In this document: positions 1-11,739 of the stretch, piece by piece
Position numbering within the stretch: the stretch's first letter is position 1
Layout of the letters: every line of letters starts with the position of its first letter
NCBI GenBank assembly: GCA_963765895.1
Contig: CAVXZB010000087.1
Span: 32,001-96,000 of the forward strand
DNA from: an uncultured Nitrososphaeraceae archaeon
Lineage (GTDB): Archaea; Thermoproteota; Nitrososphaeria; Nitrososphaerales; Nitrososphaeraceae
Length of the DNA: 64,000 bases
Reading direction: 5' to 3'
Position numbers and translations under genes: made by a program
Notes under the pieces: generated by a model
Told to the model about the DNA's origin: nothing
The model's input: only the letters and a program-made list of their open reading frames with translations
The model's database searches: none

Positions 1-804
1 TAGATAGCTACCGTTAGCTATTACACCCATCGTCATCTTCAACACTAAACTCTGTCTTCCATCATCTATGGAGACTTCGCAAAGATTACTCTCATAGGTA
101 GGTAGCGTAGCAATGACGCTTGAAATTGTAGATACAATGCGGCTCTTGACCTTATCCCTAATTTTTTTCGATCTGTCTATGATTTCCGCACCAACCCCTA
201 TTTCAGCGGCGTTAAGAAAAAGACGAGTTATTACTCCCTCAGAATGGTCCTTTGCATCTGTTCCTGGCTTACCTGTAGATATTCGTGTTGTCAAAGCAGA
301 AATGACATCTATCTTTTGTGGTTTGCCATTCACAAATCTCTGACAACATTCAACAATCCCATCAGGTAAATCCAAGGATTTGGCGAGTACATTTCTTGAT
401 CCCGCAGGAACCACACCCATGATCGCATCAGATTCTATAGGTTTCAAGATAGGTGATGCGCGTGTACTTTCACCATGGTTTTGCTTACCAAGCATGTGAG
501 TATCTAGCTTATGAGTAGAGATTTGACTTTCAACTACTATTTCTTCAAAGAAGCCATTTACGACCTCGTTTATGGTTCCATCTCCCCCTAGTGCAACTAT
601 TTCCTTAAACCCCTTTCTTAATAAATCCCTTGTGAGAAAAGTTCCCTGTCCTGGTTTTTTACTGAATACAGCGTAAGGATTCTCGCCAAAGATACCCTTA
701 ATCTTGCCGTAAAGTTCCTCCCAATTCTTGCCAGTTAATCCACCACAAGAATTTGGATTTACTACCAGTGCTGTTTCTGTGCTTGTTTGCTCTTGCTGGC
801 TCAT
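1..804 (-). CDS. Diacylglycerol/lipid kinase family protein (runs off window start; not in ORF track)
   Basis: Manual translation from ATG at 804: MSQQEQ...LVVNPNSCGG...IVALGGDGTINEVVNGF, later GVVPAGSRNVLAKSL; these are DAGK catalytic-domain motifs. Confidence 0.88.
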   Translation of the reverse strand, partial: MSQQEQTSTETALVVNPNSCGGLTGKNWEELYGKIKGIFGENPYAVFSKKPGQGTFLTRDLLRKGFKEIVALGGDGTINEVVNGFFEEIVVESQISTHKLDTHMLGKQNHGESTRASPILKPIESDAIMGVVPAGSRNVLAKSLDLPDGIVECCQRFVNGKPQKIDVISALTTRISTGKPGTDAKDHSEGVITRLFLNAAEIGVGAEIIDRSKKIRDKVKSRIVSTISSVIATLPTYESNLCEVSIDDGRQSLVLKMTMGVIANGSYL

Positions 805-1787
805 GTATATAACATATATCATGTACTAATGATTGTATATATCAATCGAACTTTCATCAACCTATCATCATTCATTTATAATAAAGTTAACATGTGCGAA
901 TAAAACATCGCATTTACGAAGCGACAGCTCCGACCGGAACAAAAAATGGAAAAATTGCCTCAAGATAATGTTACATCTAGTCAACTAGAATGCGGTCTAA
1001 ATCGTAACAGGCTTCACGCCTTGAAAATAATTAATGTTGATGATACTTACCCAAACGTTCTTACAGAAAAGACTTTAAGATGGAGAGATCTGATGATGAA
1101 TATCCAAATAGAAGATCTATTACATTTGTTATGTTTTTTACCAGTTAAATCAGTGTGATCAATGATTTGATTAATTCGAATTAGAAACCTGATTAGATCT
1201 AATCGTTATCGCAGTCGTTCTTGCACATAATGCAAATTCATTATTCTCTCATTGTTTATTAGGAATAATAAACATAACAAACTACTTTATACTAGATAAT
1301 ATTATACTGATAGTCTTACATAACATATTGGATCTTCAAGTGATCAACAATTAAGGTATTTCGATATTTTGGATTACCTAATCTATTTGAATACAAATAA
1401 ATAATAGACTCCCAACGTTTACCTAGACCCAATGCACATTAGCTTGACACTAAGATTAGGATCAGTATTATAGAAGGGATGTGGTCTAGCACACCAAATA
1501 AAATATATCGCAATTAGGAAGAGACTTACAATTACGACTCGTCAGTGATTTAATATCGTGTTATAATATATATTTGAGAATAAAAGTCGCGTCAAAAGTA
1601 GAGATAAGACAAGACATAGTAAATAGTAAGTGTTTCGATTCCGAACGAAAAGAGGCGCGATACAGTTTGACATTCAAGTGCATAACAGGATAAGATAGCA
1701 AAGCAGGTGAATATGAATCCCTCCAATTTGCCTCTCCTGACATTTTCAGTATGTCTGCATTGATTACGCGGAACTATCGTTATGGCC

Positions 1788-1970
1788 TTATCCAGTTAGA
1801 TAATTACATCGCTCGCATGTTATAAATATCTCGCCATCCACGTGGCTGAAGTGCGCATTACATGACAAACAAGTATGATGCATATCATCAAAGCCATCAT
1901 CAGCGATAAACCTAAAACTATCGAGTTTTTGATTCTTGCATTTCATACAACGGCAACCACATATCGCCAT
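1788..1970 (-). CDS. Small Cys-rich zinc-finger protein
   Basis: 60 aa with CxCxCxxC, HHxCxxC and CxxC motifs. Confidence 0.7.
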   Translation of the reverse strand: MAICGCRCMKCKNQKLDSFRFIADDGFDDMHHTCLSCNAHFSHVDGEIFITCERCNYLTG

Positions 1971-2018
1971 TTAGCTTTATTGAATAGTATACATCATATA
2001 ATTTAATCGAAACTTCAT

Positions 2019-2276
2019 CTATGGGAATGGAAGCAATGAAAAGGCTATGCTATTTAGGCTATTCTGATTTCCTTGTACTTCAGAGTCTGAATTTGAACAG
2101 GTTATGTTTGTTGGTAATATATAATTTCCACAATTGTTGACCTGTGCCATCGTCTGAGTCTTCTTGTATTCTTTCGCCTGTGCATTTCCATCCACGCCAA
2201 TTCCAACTGTTACAACTAACAACCCTACTGTAATTATAGATATAATAGCAATCAGCTCAACTGCTTTACTTTTCAT
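2019..2276 (-). CDS. Small secreted/membrane-anchored hypothetical protein
   Basis: Hydrophobic N-terminus ending AQA, then a CGN...C Asn/Gln-rich segment. Confidence 0.6.
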   Translation of the reverse strand: MKSKAVELIAIISIITVGLLVVTVGIGVDGNAQAKEYKKTQTMAQVNNCGNYILPTNITCSNSDSEVQGNQNSLNSIAFSLLPFP

Positions 2277-2880
2277 TTATATGATAGATATTGTGTTGTA
2301 AGGTTTATCTACATTCGGCGGTATTTTATGACTTGCTAAATCTTATATTTGTTCTATATCTGAAATATCTTATTATCTCTTATAAGATATCTTGAAATTA
2401 TGTCCTTGTGTTATGTATTGCCTACCAATTTAATAGGGTATAGATAGATTCAGGTAACTTTGCCTTATGTGCATATCTAGCTATTCGAACTAATATTAGA
2501 TCATACCCGTATAATCTCGCATAATACATAAACATAATAGTTCGGATAGTCTACTCTGTTCATATTATAGACGTCAAAAAACTGATTGAGTCAGAAGAAG
2601 TCTACAAACTTTAGAGTACCTTACGATATAGTACAACATTCATTTTATTAGCGAGCAAGTTATGATTTTGGAATTTGGGCCCCTGAATTGGCCGGATTTG
2701 CCGAATTGCTGTATCAAAGGATCGGAAATAGTTCGTACTCTAAAGCCTAAAAATAGAGAGTCGGACTGGATAGCAAATATAATATAGTAGTATTCTTATC
2801 TGGGTTTTAGAAATATTTATGAATGTAATGACGACATCAAATTTTTGTGCTTGATCATATAGACAGGAACTGAATATAAG

Positions 2881-3900
2881 TTGGATATATCTAGTAAAAA
2901 ATACCATCAACTCACTCCTGATTTGATAATTTGTAAAATACTTAATGGTATGTGGCAAGTCGCAGGTGGACACGGATTTATAGATCATGAACTGGCGATC
3001 ACGGATATGATGAGATATCATGAGGTAGGTTTAAGGAGTTGGGATCTAGCTGATATTTATGGCCCAGCAGAAGATTTCATCGGGGTATTCCGACGAAGGT
3101 TGTCTACATTAAAGGGGAAGGAAGAGATGGACACAATCCAAGCATTAACAAAATGGGTCCCGCAACCTGGGCGGATAACACGTTCTATAGTCAAAGAAAA
3201 TGTAGAAAGTTCCCTTCGCAAGATGAACGTTGCCTCGTTGGACTTGCTTCAATTCCATTGGTGGGATTATAACAATCCATATTACATTGATGCTCTCAGA
3301 TACCTCTTCGACCTCAGAGATGAACGAATAATCAAGGATGTCGGTCTTACAAATTTTGACACAGAGACGATACAAACCATAACAGATTCGAATCTAAAAA
3401 TTGTTTCAAATCAGGTTCAATATTCGATTATTGATAGAAGACCAGAAGTAAAAATGATACCATTCTGTAAAAGGCATAAAGTCAGTCTTCTTGCTTACGG
3501 AAGTATTTGTGGAGGGCTGATATCAGAGCGATATTTGGGGAGGGTAGAGCCATCGGGTACAGAATTAAACACCCTAAGCTTACGAAAATACAAACGGATG
3601 ATAGATGCTTGGGGCGGATGGAATTTGTTCCAAGAACTATTATTAAATCTGAACAGGATTGCGCAAAAGCACGGCGTAAGCATTGCAAATGTAGCAACCC
3701 GTTATATTCTTGATAAACCCGGAGTGGCAGGAGTCATTATTGGCGTCAGGCTTGGGATAGCTGATCACATTAGCAATAACCTGCAAGTATTCAACCTTAC
3801 TTTGGATAAGTCAGACCTTAATGATATAGAAAGCGTATGTACAAAGTCAGATAATTTGTTTGAGAAAATTGGAGATTGTGGTGATGAGTATAGATCCTGA
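2881..3900 (+). CDS. Aldo/keto reductase
   Basis: GMWQ, DLADIYG, LDLLQFHWW, GLTNFD, NQVQYS, LLAYG motifs. Confidence 0.92.
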   Translation: MDISSKKYHQLTPDLIICKILNGMWQVAGGHGFIDHELAITDMMRYHEVGLRSWDLADIYGPAEDFIGVFRRRLSTLKGKEEMDTIQALTKWVPQPGRITRSIVKENVESSLRKMNVASLDLLQFHWWDYNNPYYIDALRYLFDLRDERIIKDVGLTNFDTETIQTITDSNLKIVSNQVQYSIIDRRPEVKMIPFCKRHKVSLLAYGSICGGLISERYLGRVEPSGTELNTLSLRKYKRMIDAWGGWNLFQELLLNLNRIAQKHGVSIANVATRYILDKPGVAGVIIGVRLGIADHISNNLQVFNLTLDKSDLNDIESVCTKSDNLFEKIGDCGDEYRS

Positions 3901-4428
3901 GTTTAGCTTAAACAATCTTTACTTATTACCAATGATAATAAAATATTCATCATCATTTCCTGAATCTTTCAATCATTAGATACAGTCAATATTAGCTTTT
4001 ATTACTAAATAGGCTACCGCATATTGTACAAGTATTGGATTGAAAGGCACGGTTAGGTAAAGTTAAACACGTACCGAATTAGAAAGATTCAGAATAATGA
4101 GTTTGAATTAATAAGCGACAATAGTTTAAACCCCAAATAATTAACACATGCAGCAGACATGTTGGTAATTAGTATCCTTATTACTAGATATTGTTAACAT
4201 GCTTAATACACATAAGCTTTTAGTATATATTCCAGAAATGATAAAAGTCAGCATTTGTATTTATGTCAAAGCCGAAGTGGTCTACTAGAGATTAGCTGAA
4301 AAGTCTAGCACATGACAGTTGTCAGGTCTCTAATTCATCATAGATTGCACTGCACAATACTCTCTCCCTCCCCCAGTTAGCGCTCATATTATTAATACTA
4401 GTAAACAGGTATAATAAAACAGATAATA

Positions 4429-5533
4429 ATGATAGATAAGAAATCGCATACCGAAAACGAACTTGATAATAGTAATAATGATAATGAGGATATTATAAGA
4501 ATGGATCCAAGTTCAGAATCTCCAGCACTTGATCTGGAAATTCAAGACATTGAAGGAATTGGCCCTACGACAGCAAAAAAGTTGAAAGAAGCAGGCATTA
4601 TCTCGGTGATGGATTTAGCAGTGACAAGTGCAGATGAGTTAGCCGTAGAAATTAATGCTTCGAAAGATAGCGCGGCAGCTTTCATAATGGCTGCACAAAA
4701 GTTATTGAGAGATTCTAATGTCTTAGAGAAGGAATTCATAACTGCTGATGCAGCGCTTGAGAAACGAAGAGCTATGTTACGTTGTTCCACAGGATCCAAA
4801 GTTCTAGATGAGTTGCTATTAGGAGGAATTGAGACACAAGCAGTCACAGAATTCTATGGAGAGTTTGGTTCAGGTAAATCGCAAATATGTCACACCTTGT
4901 GTGCAATAGCTAGGCAACCTATAGAAGCAGCTGGACTAGATAGTAATGTAATCTATATAGATACTGAGGGAACATTTAGACCAGAAAGATTAAATCAGAT
5001 AGCTAGAGCAAGAGGTTTTGATCCAACACATGTACTAAAAAGTGTGGCAGTATGCAAAGTGTACAACAGTTCACACTTGGAATTAATAATAAAAGACTTG
5101 GGTAAATATATCAATGACTTTAAAGCTAAATTAATTATAATAGATAGTATAATTTCTCTTCATAGAGCAGAATTTTCGGGCAGAGGAACGTTAGCAGATA
5201 GACAACAACGGCTTAATTCAATTTTGCATAAACTAATAAGACTTTCAGAGATATATAATGTTGCCATAGTCATAACTAACCAGGTCCAATCATCACCCGA
5301 TACCTTTTTTGGAGATCCTACAAAGGCGAGCCGGCGGAAATGTTTTAGGACATGCTTCAACCTATAGAATATATCTTCGAAAATCAGGCGAGAACAGAAT
5401 AGCAAAGATGATAGATTCACCCTATCACCCCTATTCAGATGCGAGATTTACTGTGAACGAAAGGGGCGCGGATGACATGGAAGATGTAAAAAAGGGCAGT
5501 AAAAAAGCGTCTAAAGACGAAATATCCGAGTAG
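4429..5533 (+). CDS. radA: DNA repair/recombination protein RadA (+1 frameshift at ~5328, probably a sequencing error)
   Basis: HhH N-terminus (IEGIGPTTAKKL), Walker A GEFGSGKSQ, YIDTEGTFRPER, IIIDS; C-terminus GGNVLGHASTYRIYLRK continues in ORF 5309-5533. Confidence 0.95.
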
Positions 5534-5674
5534 AGGTTGCTACTACAAACTACAAATCAGCTTGTCTCGAAAGCAAATTCAAATATCTGTCCAATTCGAC
5601 GGTTAGTTGTATAACCGGTACTTTACGATATCGTTAAAGTACTTATTTATGTGGTTTAACTAATAAATTATTTA

Positions 5675-6928
5675 GTGTTAAATTCTCCAGAGATTGATAA
5701 ACTAGCCGGAATTCAATTTTACTGTACGAAATTTAGTGGGATTGGCGGTTCAATAAAAAATAGTAACAAAGATTTCAAAGTATCAGAATTAGTAGATAAA
5801 CGATTTCTCGATAGCTTGTCATCTATTCAAGATGGGGTCAGTAGATATCCAATCTATATTCTTGAGAAAAACAACATAGATTCAAACCATGCCCTAATTG
5901 AAATTGAGCGGAAATTAGGACTAAGATTAAAGATCATGGGAATTAAGGATGCCAAAGCGTATTCGGTACAATATGTAAGTTCTGAGCAAACAAAGAAGTT
6001 ACCCAAAGTAGCAAAGACGCAAAATACTACGATAACTCTATTAGGTTTCAGTAAGGTGCCTTTGAAAAAGTCTCTGCTATGTGGAAACGAATTTGTCATT
6101 ACAGTTCAAGAACCAAGATTTTCAGATATTTCGTCATTCATCCCAGAAATAAAAAATATTGCCAATTTTTATGGATTGCAAAGATTTGGAAGGGAAAGAT
6201 TAGTGACTCACCTAGTTGGAAAAGAAATTGTCAAACGAAATTTCGGAAAATCTATAGAACTATTGTTGTCATACACTACGAAGTACGACTCGGCAGTCAG
6301 CAAAGAGATTAGAAATAAGCTACGAGATCCGATAAACTACCCTCATATTTACAAACAGTTGCCAAAATGGATGGATATTGAATTTATGGTGTTATCAGCA
6401 TTAGTAAAGGGAAAAGAATCAGTAACTGCACTTAGATCTATTCCTATATCGATCCGTAGACTATTTATACAGGCATACCAAGCATACATTTTCAATAATT
6501 GTTTAAGTAATGCAATTGCGAATGGTGAGGATCTATCTGTTCCTAAAAGAGGAGATCTATGTTTTGAGATAGAGGACAATGACTCTTTTGGCAAGATAAG
6601 AAAATTTAATCCAACTACTGATGCAGCATCAAAAACTGTTCCAGCTGTTAGATTAGCCGGTTATACATTCCAACCTGGCAAAGGAAGGTTTGAAACGATT
6701 ACAACTAATATTCTAAAAGACGAATGCGTTTCCCCAAGAGATTTTCATATCAGCGAGATGGAAGAACTAAGTGCTCAAGGTGGATTTAGACAGGCACCTC
6801 TTCTTTGTCGAGATTTTCATTATCTTAACTCTTTAGTCTTATCATTTAAACTATCGGCTGGCTCATATGCTACAGTATTACTTAGAGAAATAATAAAGCC
6901 TCTGGACCCTATAAGGACAGGATTTTAG
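5675..6928 (+). CDS. truD: tRNA pseudouridine(13) synthase TruD/Pus7
   Basis: GIKDAKA (catalytic Asp), NFYGLQRFG, GSYATVLLREI. Confidence 0.93.
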   Translation: MLNSPEIDKLAGIQFYCTKFSGIGGSIKNSNKDFKVSELVDKRFLDSLSSIQDGVSRYPIYILEKNNIDSNHALIEIERKLGLRLKIMGIKDAKAYSVQYVSSEQTKKLPKVAKTQNTTITLLGFSKVPLKKSLLCGNEFVITVQEPRFSDISSFIPEIKNIANFYGLQRFGRERLVTHLVGKEIVKRNFGKSIELLLSYTTKYDSAVSKEIRNKLRDPINYPHIYKQLPKWMDIEFMVLSALVKGKESVTALRSIPISIRRLFIQAYQAYIFNNCLSNAIANGEDLSVPKRGDLCFEIEDNDSFGKIRKFNPTTDAASKTVPAVRLAGYTFQPGKGRFETITTNILKDECVSPRDFHISEMEELSAQGGFRQAPLLCRDFHYLNSLVLSFKLSAGSYATVLLREIIKPLDPIRTGF

Positions 6929-7033
6929 CAAGCACATTATATTATCAAATAGTACATTGTCAGGCAGAAAAGGTTTGTAGATTCTTAGCTGTACAAGATT
7001 TGTATTGACTAACATGTCTTTCTCACATAGCAA

Positions 7034-7903
7034 TCATTCCCTAATTGCACCTAGAGTTAAACCTCTAATCATTTGTTTCTGGAATACAAGCATTAAAACT
7101 AATACTGGAATAATGGCAAGAGTTATTCCTGCGGTTAGGTATCCCCATTCTATTCGATATAATGAAATGAATTGATATAGTGCTACCTGAAAGACCATCG
7201 AGTCAGGTCTGTTCGCCAATACGATAGGAAGTATGAATTCGTTCCAGGAAAATCTGAAGGCTAAAACGGCTGCGATTGCAAAACCTGGCATGGATAGTGG
7301 TATGGTAATTCGTCTCAATACTCCCAATCGAGAACAGCCATCAATCAATGCAGATTCTTCAAGATCTTTTGGTATAGTTTCAAAGTAATTTTTCAATAAA
7401 AGTATGTTTAATGGTATTATCAGGATCTGAAAGGTTAGAATCAAAGCCAAGGACGAGTTGAGCATACCTGCTGCGGACAGCATAGTATACAGTGGAATTA
7501 TGTTTATAACAACCGGTATCATGAAAAGTCCCAATATCACGCTCATAATCAAATTCTTTGCCTTGAACTCAAATCTTGCGAATGCGTAGCCTCCCAAGGC
7601 ACTTACTGCAACACTCAATGTTGTACTGCCTATACTTACTATGAAGCTATTGATAAGACTACGAACAAGGCCCGGATCAGTTAACACAAATTTGTAATTA
7701 TCAAATGTTATATTTTCTGGCAGAAATTTTGGTGGGAAACTTATAGACTCCTCATTACGCTTAAATGATGTAGAAAATACCCAAATAAGAGGAGCCAGAG
7801 TTACGAATAATAAAATTGCAATTAATGCGTATACTAACGTCCGTTCTGCAAAAAACCAAACTCGATTATTTCTAAATGGCTCCTGTTGCATTATTCCATT
7901 CAT
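7034..7903 (-). CDS. Carbohydrate ABC transporter permease (MalG-like)
   Basis: Multiple TM segments, EAA-like loop LEESALIDGCS, SWNEF. Confidence 0.92.
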   Translation of the reverse strand: MNGIMQQEPFRNNRVWFFAERTLVYALIAILLFVTLAPLIWVFSTSFKRNEESISFPPKFLPENITFDNYKFVLTDPGLVRSLINSFIVSIGSTTLSVAVSALGGYAFARFEFKAKNLIMSVILGLFMIPVVINIIPLYTMLSAAGMLNSSLALILTFQILIIPLNILLLKNYFETIPKDLEESALIDGCSRLGVLRRITIPLSMPGFAIAAVLAFRFSWNEFILPIVLANRPDSMVFQVALYQFISLYRIEWGYLTAGITLAIIPVLVLMLVFQKQMIRGLTLGAIRE

Positions 7904-8766
7904 CTTTTTAGAAGTTTAAGGTAGACAAAAGCAACTGAAATATTAATTATGATTAAAATTAATCCAGCAGCTGCTCCCTTAGAAAGAAGTCCAAATTCAA
8001 AGGCCTGTCTATACATATAAAGCGATGCGGTAGTACTAGCAAACAAGGGCCCCCCTCCAGTCATGACCAATTGTAAGTCAAAGAAGTTTACCGACCACAT
8101 TGTAATCAAAATGAGATTGATCACGATGAAGGGCTTGAGCAAGGGAAGTGTAATACGCAAAAAAGATTTAAATTTCGTTGCTCCATCTATCACTGCTGCC
8201 TCATATATTGATGGATTTATTGATAATAATCCTGCAGTAATAAAGAGCATGGTGAATGGGGTGCCATACCACACATTAGCTATTACCAAAGACCAAATCA
8301 CGATGTTAGGGTCTGAAAGCCAACCAACAGGCTGTAGGCCAATTTGTTGAAATATATAATTTAGTATGCCGAAATTGTAATCAAAAATGAACTTGAATGA
8401 AAATGCTGCTATTACCGCAGAGATAGTCCACGGTATTATAAAGATTGCACGTAACACGCCTGCAGCTCTTACTTTTTGGCTTAGCAATACAGCCATAAGC
8501 ATACCTATCGTAAATTGTAAGGCAACTGATCCAGCTACAAAGAGAACTGTGGTTCTCAGAGATGTATAAAAATTGGGATCATTAAACAAATCAACAAAGT
8601 TAGTCCATCCGCTGTATTCCCAATTCTTTAGAATTGTAATAAAAGATACATCATGAAATGAAATGTATATATTCCAAAAAAGTGGGAATATCAAAAATAT
8701 AAGTAATATCGCAAATGCAGGCGTGAGAAAAAGGTACGGCTCGGCCTTTGCGAGAATATTTGACAT
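7900..8766 (-). CDS. Carbohydrate ABC transporter permease (MalF-like)
   Basis: YEAAVIDGA loop, ITLPLLKP, TGGGP; 4-bp overlap with the next gene. Confidence 0.92.
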   Translation of the reverse strand: MSNILAKAEPYLFLTPAFAILLIFLIFPLFWNIYISFHDVSFITILKNWEYSGWTNFVDLFNDPNFYTSLRTTVLFVAGSVALQFTIGMLMAVLLSQKVRAAGVLRAIFIIPWTISAVIAAFSFKFIFDYNFGILNYIFQQIGLQPVGWLSDPNIVIWSLVIANVWYGTPFTMLFITAGLLSINPSIYEAAVIDGATKFKSFLRITLPLLKPFIVINLILITMWSVNFFDLQLVMTGGGPLFASTTASLYMYRQAFEFGLLSKGAAAGLILIIINISVAFVYLKLLKR

Positions 8767-8791
8767 ATTTTATGGAACTACTACAGTTTCG

Positions 8792-10114
8792 TTACCAACC
8801 CAAGGCCTTTGCTGACTTTGCAGCAGCATCATTGAGTGCTTGTTTAGGATCTTTCATGCCATAGTACACTTCATCTATTGCTTGTTTTATGCTATCGGCT
8901 ATTTGTGGATATTCTGGTATATTAGGTCTGCTATGTGCAGTCGGAATCATAGATATCATTTCCTTATAATATGGAATAGTTGCATTCAACTTGACTGCAT
9001 ATGGACCCTCTCCGATTGGTTTCTGAGTAGGGAGATATCCCTCTTTTTGTAACATGGGAGTTAGTACGCTTGGATCGACCATTGTCGTTAATAATTCCCA
9101 AGCAAGATCTTTATTTTGTGAGGTTTGAGGAATGCTAAGAATCCATCCACCCATCATCGTAGTACTTTTTGTATTCTTATTTGGGACTGGAAAGACTGGC
9201 AACATTCCAACCTTGTGGTTAATGGTGGGCCACTGATCACGTGGGAATGTTCCTAGCAGCCAGGATCCCTCTAGCATGACTGCAAACTTTCTATCTGCAA
9301 ATTCCTGACCCCAAAAATGATTTACCTGGGGTTTGATCCCTGCGTCGACTTGTTGCTTTAGGAATCCTAGGGCTTTTACGCCTTGTGTACTATTGAAAGA
9401 AGGATACCAGTAGGTACCCTTTGTTGGATGCCCACTCTTCTGCTTAAGTATCTCGCCTCCTAGCATCCACAGATAAGGATACCACATATCTGGAGAATGA
9501 CTAGCACCTACTAGATGCATCGGTTGTATCCCCTGAGCTTTCAACGCATTACTGAGTGCCTTTGAACCTGCAAGATAGCCGTCCCATGTCTGTAATGACT
9601 CTGGATTGACACCTGCCTTATTCAATAAATCTTTCCAGTACCACATAGACCTTATGTCAGTCCATGCCCAGATACCGTAAACTTTGCCATTGTATTTACC
9701 GCCATCCCAATTTGTGTGATACCAATCACTTTGCCTTCCCCAGGTTTTAGCGCGATCCGAAAGGTCAGTTAAAAACCCACCTTGCGCAAATTCACCAAGC
9801 CAAATTTGATCTGCAGAAATAAGATCAACTGGAGTTTTGCCTGCCATTGCTGTTAAAATTTGAGTCCTAGTAGCATCATAAGGTAAAACTCTGTAATCTA
9901 GTTTAATATCAAGTTCCGGGTGCTTCTGTTTTAATTTTTGAAGGGCAGTATTAAAGAGAAGATCCCATCTTTCTTTTGGCTCTGCCACTATCGCCGTGAG
10001 CGAGACTTGCTTTTTTTGTGCAGATACTGGAAATACAAAACCAGATGTCATAGTAAAAATCAAAGATACAATTAGAAAAAGAGCAGTAAAAGAAACTTTT
10101 TTATTCATATTCAT
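8792..10114 (-). CDS. Sugar ABC transporter substrate-binding protein (CUT1 family)
   Basis: Signal peptide (VSAQ), GKVYGI, GGWILSIP, AWELL; adjacent to both permeases. Confidence 0.9.
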   Translation of the reverse strand: MNMNKKVSFTALFLIVSLIFTMTSGFVFPVSAQKKQVSLTAIVAEPKERWDLLFNTALQKLKQKHPELDIKLDYRVLPYDATRTQILTAMAGKTPVDLISADQIWLGEFAQGGFLTDLSDRAKTWGRQSDWYHTNWDGGKYNGKVYGIWAWTDIRSMWYWKDLLNKAGVNPESLQTWDGYLAGSKALSNALKAQGIQPMHLVGASHSPDMWYPYLWMLGGEILKQKSGHPTKGTYWYPSFNSTQGVKALGFLKQQVDAGIKPQVNHFWGQEFADRKFAVMLEGSWLLGTFPRDQWPTINHKVGMLPVFPVPNKNTKSTTMMGGWILSIPQTSQNKDLAWELLTTMVDPSVLTPMLQKEGYLPTQKPIGEGPYAVKLNATIPYYKEMISMIPTAHSRPNIPEYPQIADSIKQAIDEVYYGMKDPKQALNDAAAKSAKALGW

Positions 10115-10326
10115 TGAGACACTTGATGACGATATAGCTTTTAAGTGTTATTCCCTGTTTGATTCAGGATTGTTCTATTATTTAGTGAAGTATGGTACTT
10201 AACCCCCTACTATGATGTTAAATAAGAGTTGTCCTCACTTGAAATGGTTAAAATCAATATTAAAGAGTGGTGTATGAGAAGGTTAATATCTTCCTTAGAA
10301 AGATTGTCAAAGGCAGTATATTCGTT

Positions 10327-11436
10327 ATGACTAGTCTACGGATCGAGGGCTTAACTAAGAGATACGGGAATACGAATGCACTAGATGAATTTTCTCTGAA
10401 AGTCGATTCTGGCCGGTTTATGGTACTATTAGGCCCGTCTGGATGTGGAAAAACCACTGCGGTAAGATGTATCGCGGGTTTAGTTAATCCGACTAGTGGC
10501 CACATATACATTGGAGATCAAATGGTAAACCAATTGCCTCCAAAAGATCGGGATGTTGCAATGGTATTCCAGAATTATGCGCTTTATCCTCATATGACTG
10601 TATATAATAATATTGCTTTTCCGTTAAAAATGAGAAAGGTGCCTAAGAATCAGATAGACGACAAAGTCAGAAATGTAGCTAATCTGCTAGATATAGAAGA
10701 TCTTCTCGACAGGAAACCCAAAGAATTAAGCGGAGGCCAGATGCAAAGAGTAGCATTAGGTAGGGCATTAGTAAGGGAACCGAAGGTTTTCCTGATGGAT
10801 GAACCACTAAGCAATCTTGATGCAAAACTACGTACCTATATGCGAACCGAGATTAAGAAGTTACAAAAGAAGGTAGGGATAACCACACTCTATATTACCC
10901 ACGATCAGATTGAAGCAATGAGTATGGCAGACCAAGTTGCGATAATGAAAAGTGGTTTGATCCAACAGATAGGTACGCCCGGTGAAGTCTATCAAAAACC
11001 TGCAAACACATTTGTAGCAGATTTTGTTGGAAGTCCATCTATGAATTTTCTAAAGTGTAAGATAATTGCAAAGAATTCTGAAATTACGCTTGAATCAAAT
11101 AATATCCATCTACAGATCCCACGAACTAGTTGGACCTTTGAATACTCATCTGATAATATTATACTCGGAATAAGACCAAGAGATATTGTTCTTCTTCTAG
11201 ATAACGACGTCAACTTTACTGGTATCAAAATGAAAGGCAAAATAACGTTTACCGAGATGTTGGGAGATGATTCTCTAATGGAAGTTAATATAGGTGTAGA
11301 TTCAATCAGAGTCACGAATATCGGTCCAGACTACGATCCTAATATTGGAAAAGAGGTCATGATTGGATTTCCTTATTCAAAGATTCATTATTTCACCGCA
11401 GAAACTGGTAAGAGATTAATGTATAAAATAAAATAG
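10327..11436 (+). CDS. Sugar ABC transporter ATP-binding protein (MalK-like)
   Basis: [34 protein letters not shown]; ATG 10327 preferred over GTG 10267. Confidence 0.93.
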   Translation: MTSLRIEGLTKRYGNTNALDEFSLKVDSGRFMVLLGPSGCGKTTAVRCIAGLVNPTSGHIYIGDQMVNQLPPKDRDVAMVFQNYALYPHMTVYNNIAFPLKMRKVPKNQIDDKVRNVANLLDIEDLLDRKPKELSGGQMQRVALGRALVREPKVFLMDEPLSNLDAKLRTYMRTEIKKLQKKVGITTLYITHDQIEAMSMADQVAIMKSGLIQQIGTPGEVYQKPANTFVADFVGSPSMNFLKCKIIAKNSEITLESNNIHLQIPRTSWTFEYSSDNIILGIRPRDIVLLLDNDVNFTGIKMKGKITFTEMLGDDSLMEVNIGVDSIRVTNIGPDYDPNIGKEVMIGFPYSKIHYFTAETGKRLMYKIK

Positions 11437-11739
11437 ATTAATATATATATATCATACAGCAAATCAGTATCTACAATTTCTTTTGGAGAGATTAAGGTGC
11501 CGTATACGGTCTAGTGATATGGGACTATATGACTAACACGATAATTCGCAGATTGATTAGGTAGATGATCCTATTCTATTTTGTTCTGGGTGTTAGAATG
11601 ATGCTAATAATTTATGTCAGTTTAAATATTCGCAATCTTATAGTCCACCAAATTGTTAAATATCGCAGACAAGTAATTTGATCTTTTTAGTTACATGACA
11701 GATATAAGAAAATAAAATAACAAAACAATAGTACTTTAT

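Noticed and set aside
946-1743. Short ORFs 946-1158 and 1561-1743
   Set aside because: No recognisable motifs; likely spurious or decayed
5309-5367. Programmed frameshift or true pseudogenisation of radA and other split genes
   Set aside because: No slippery heptamer or stimulatory structure seen; both halves are conserved; lesions cluster at two motifs and short homopolymers, which fits sequencing error
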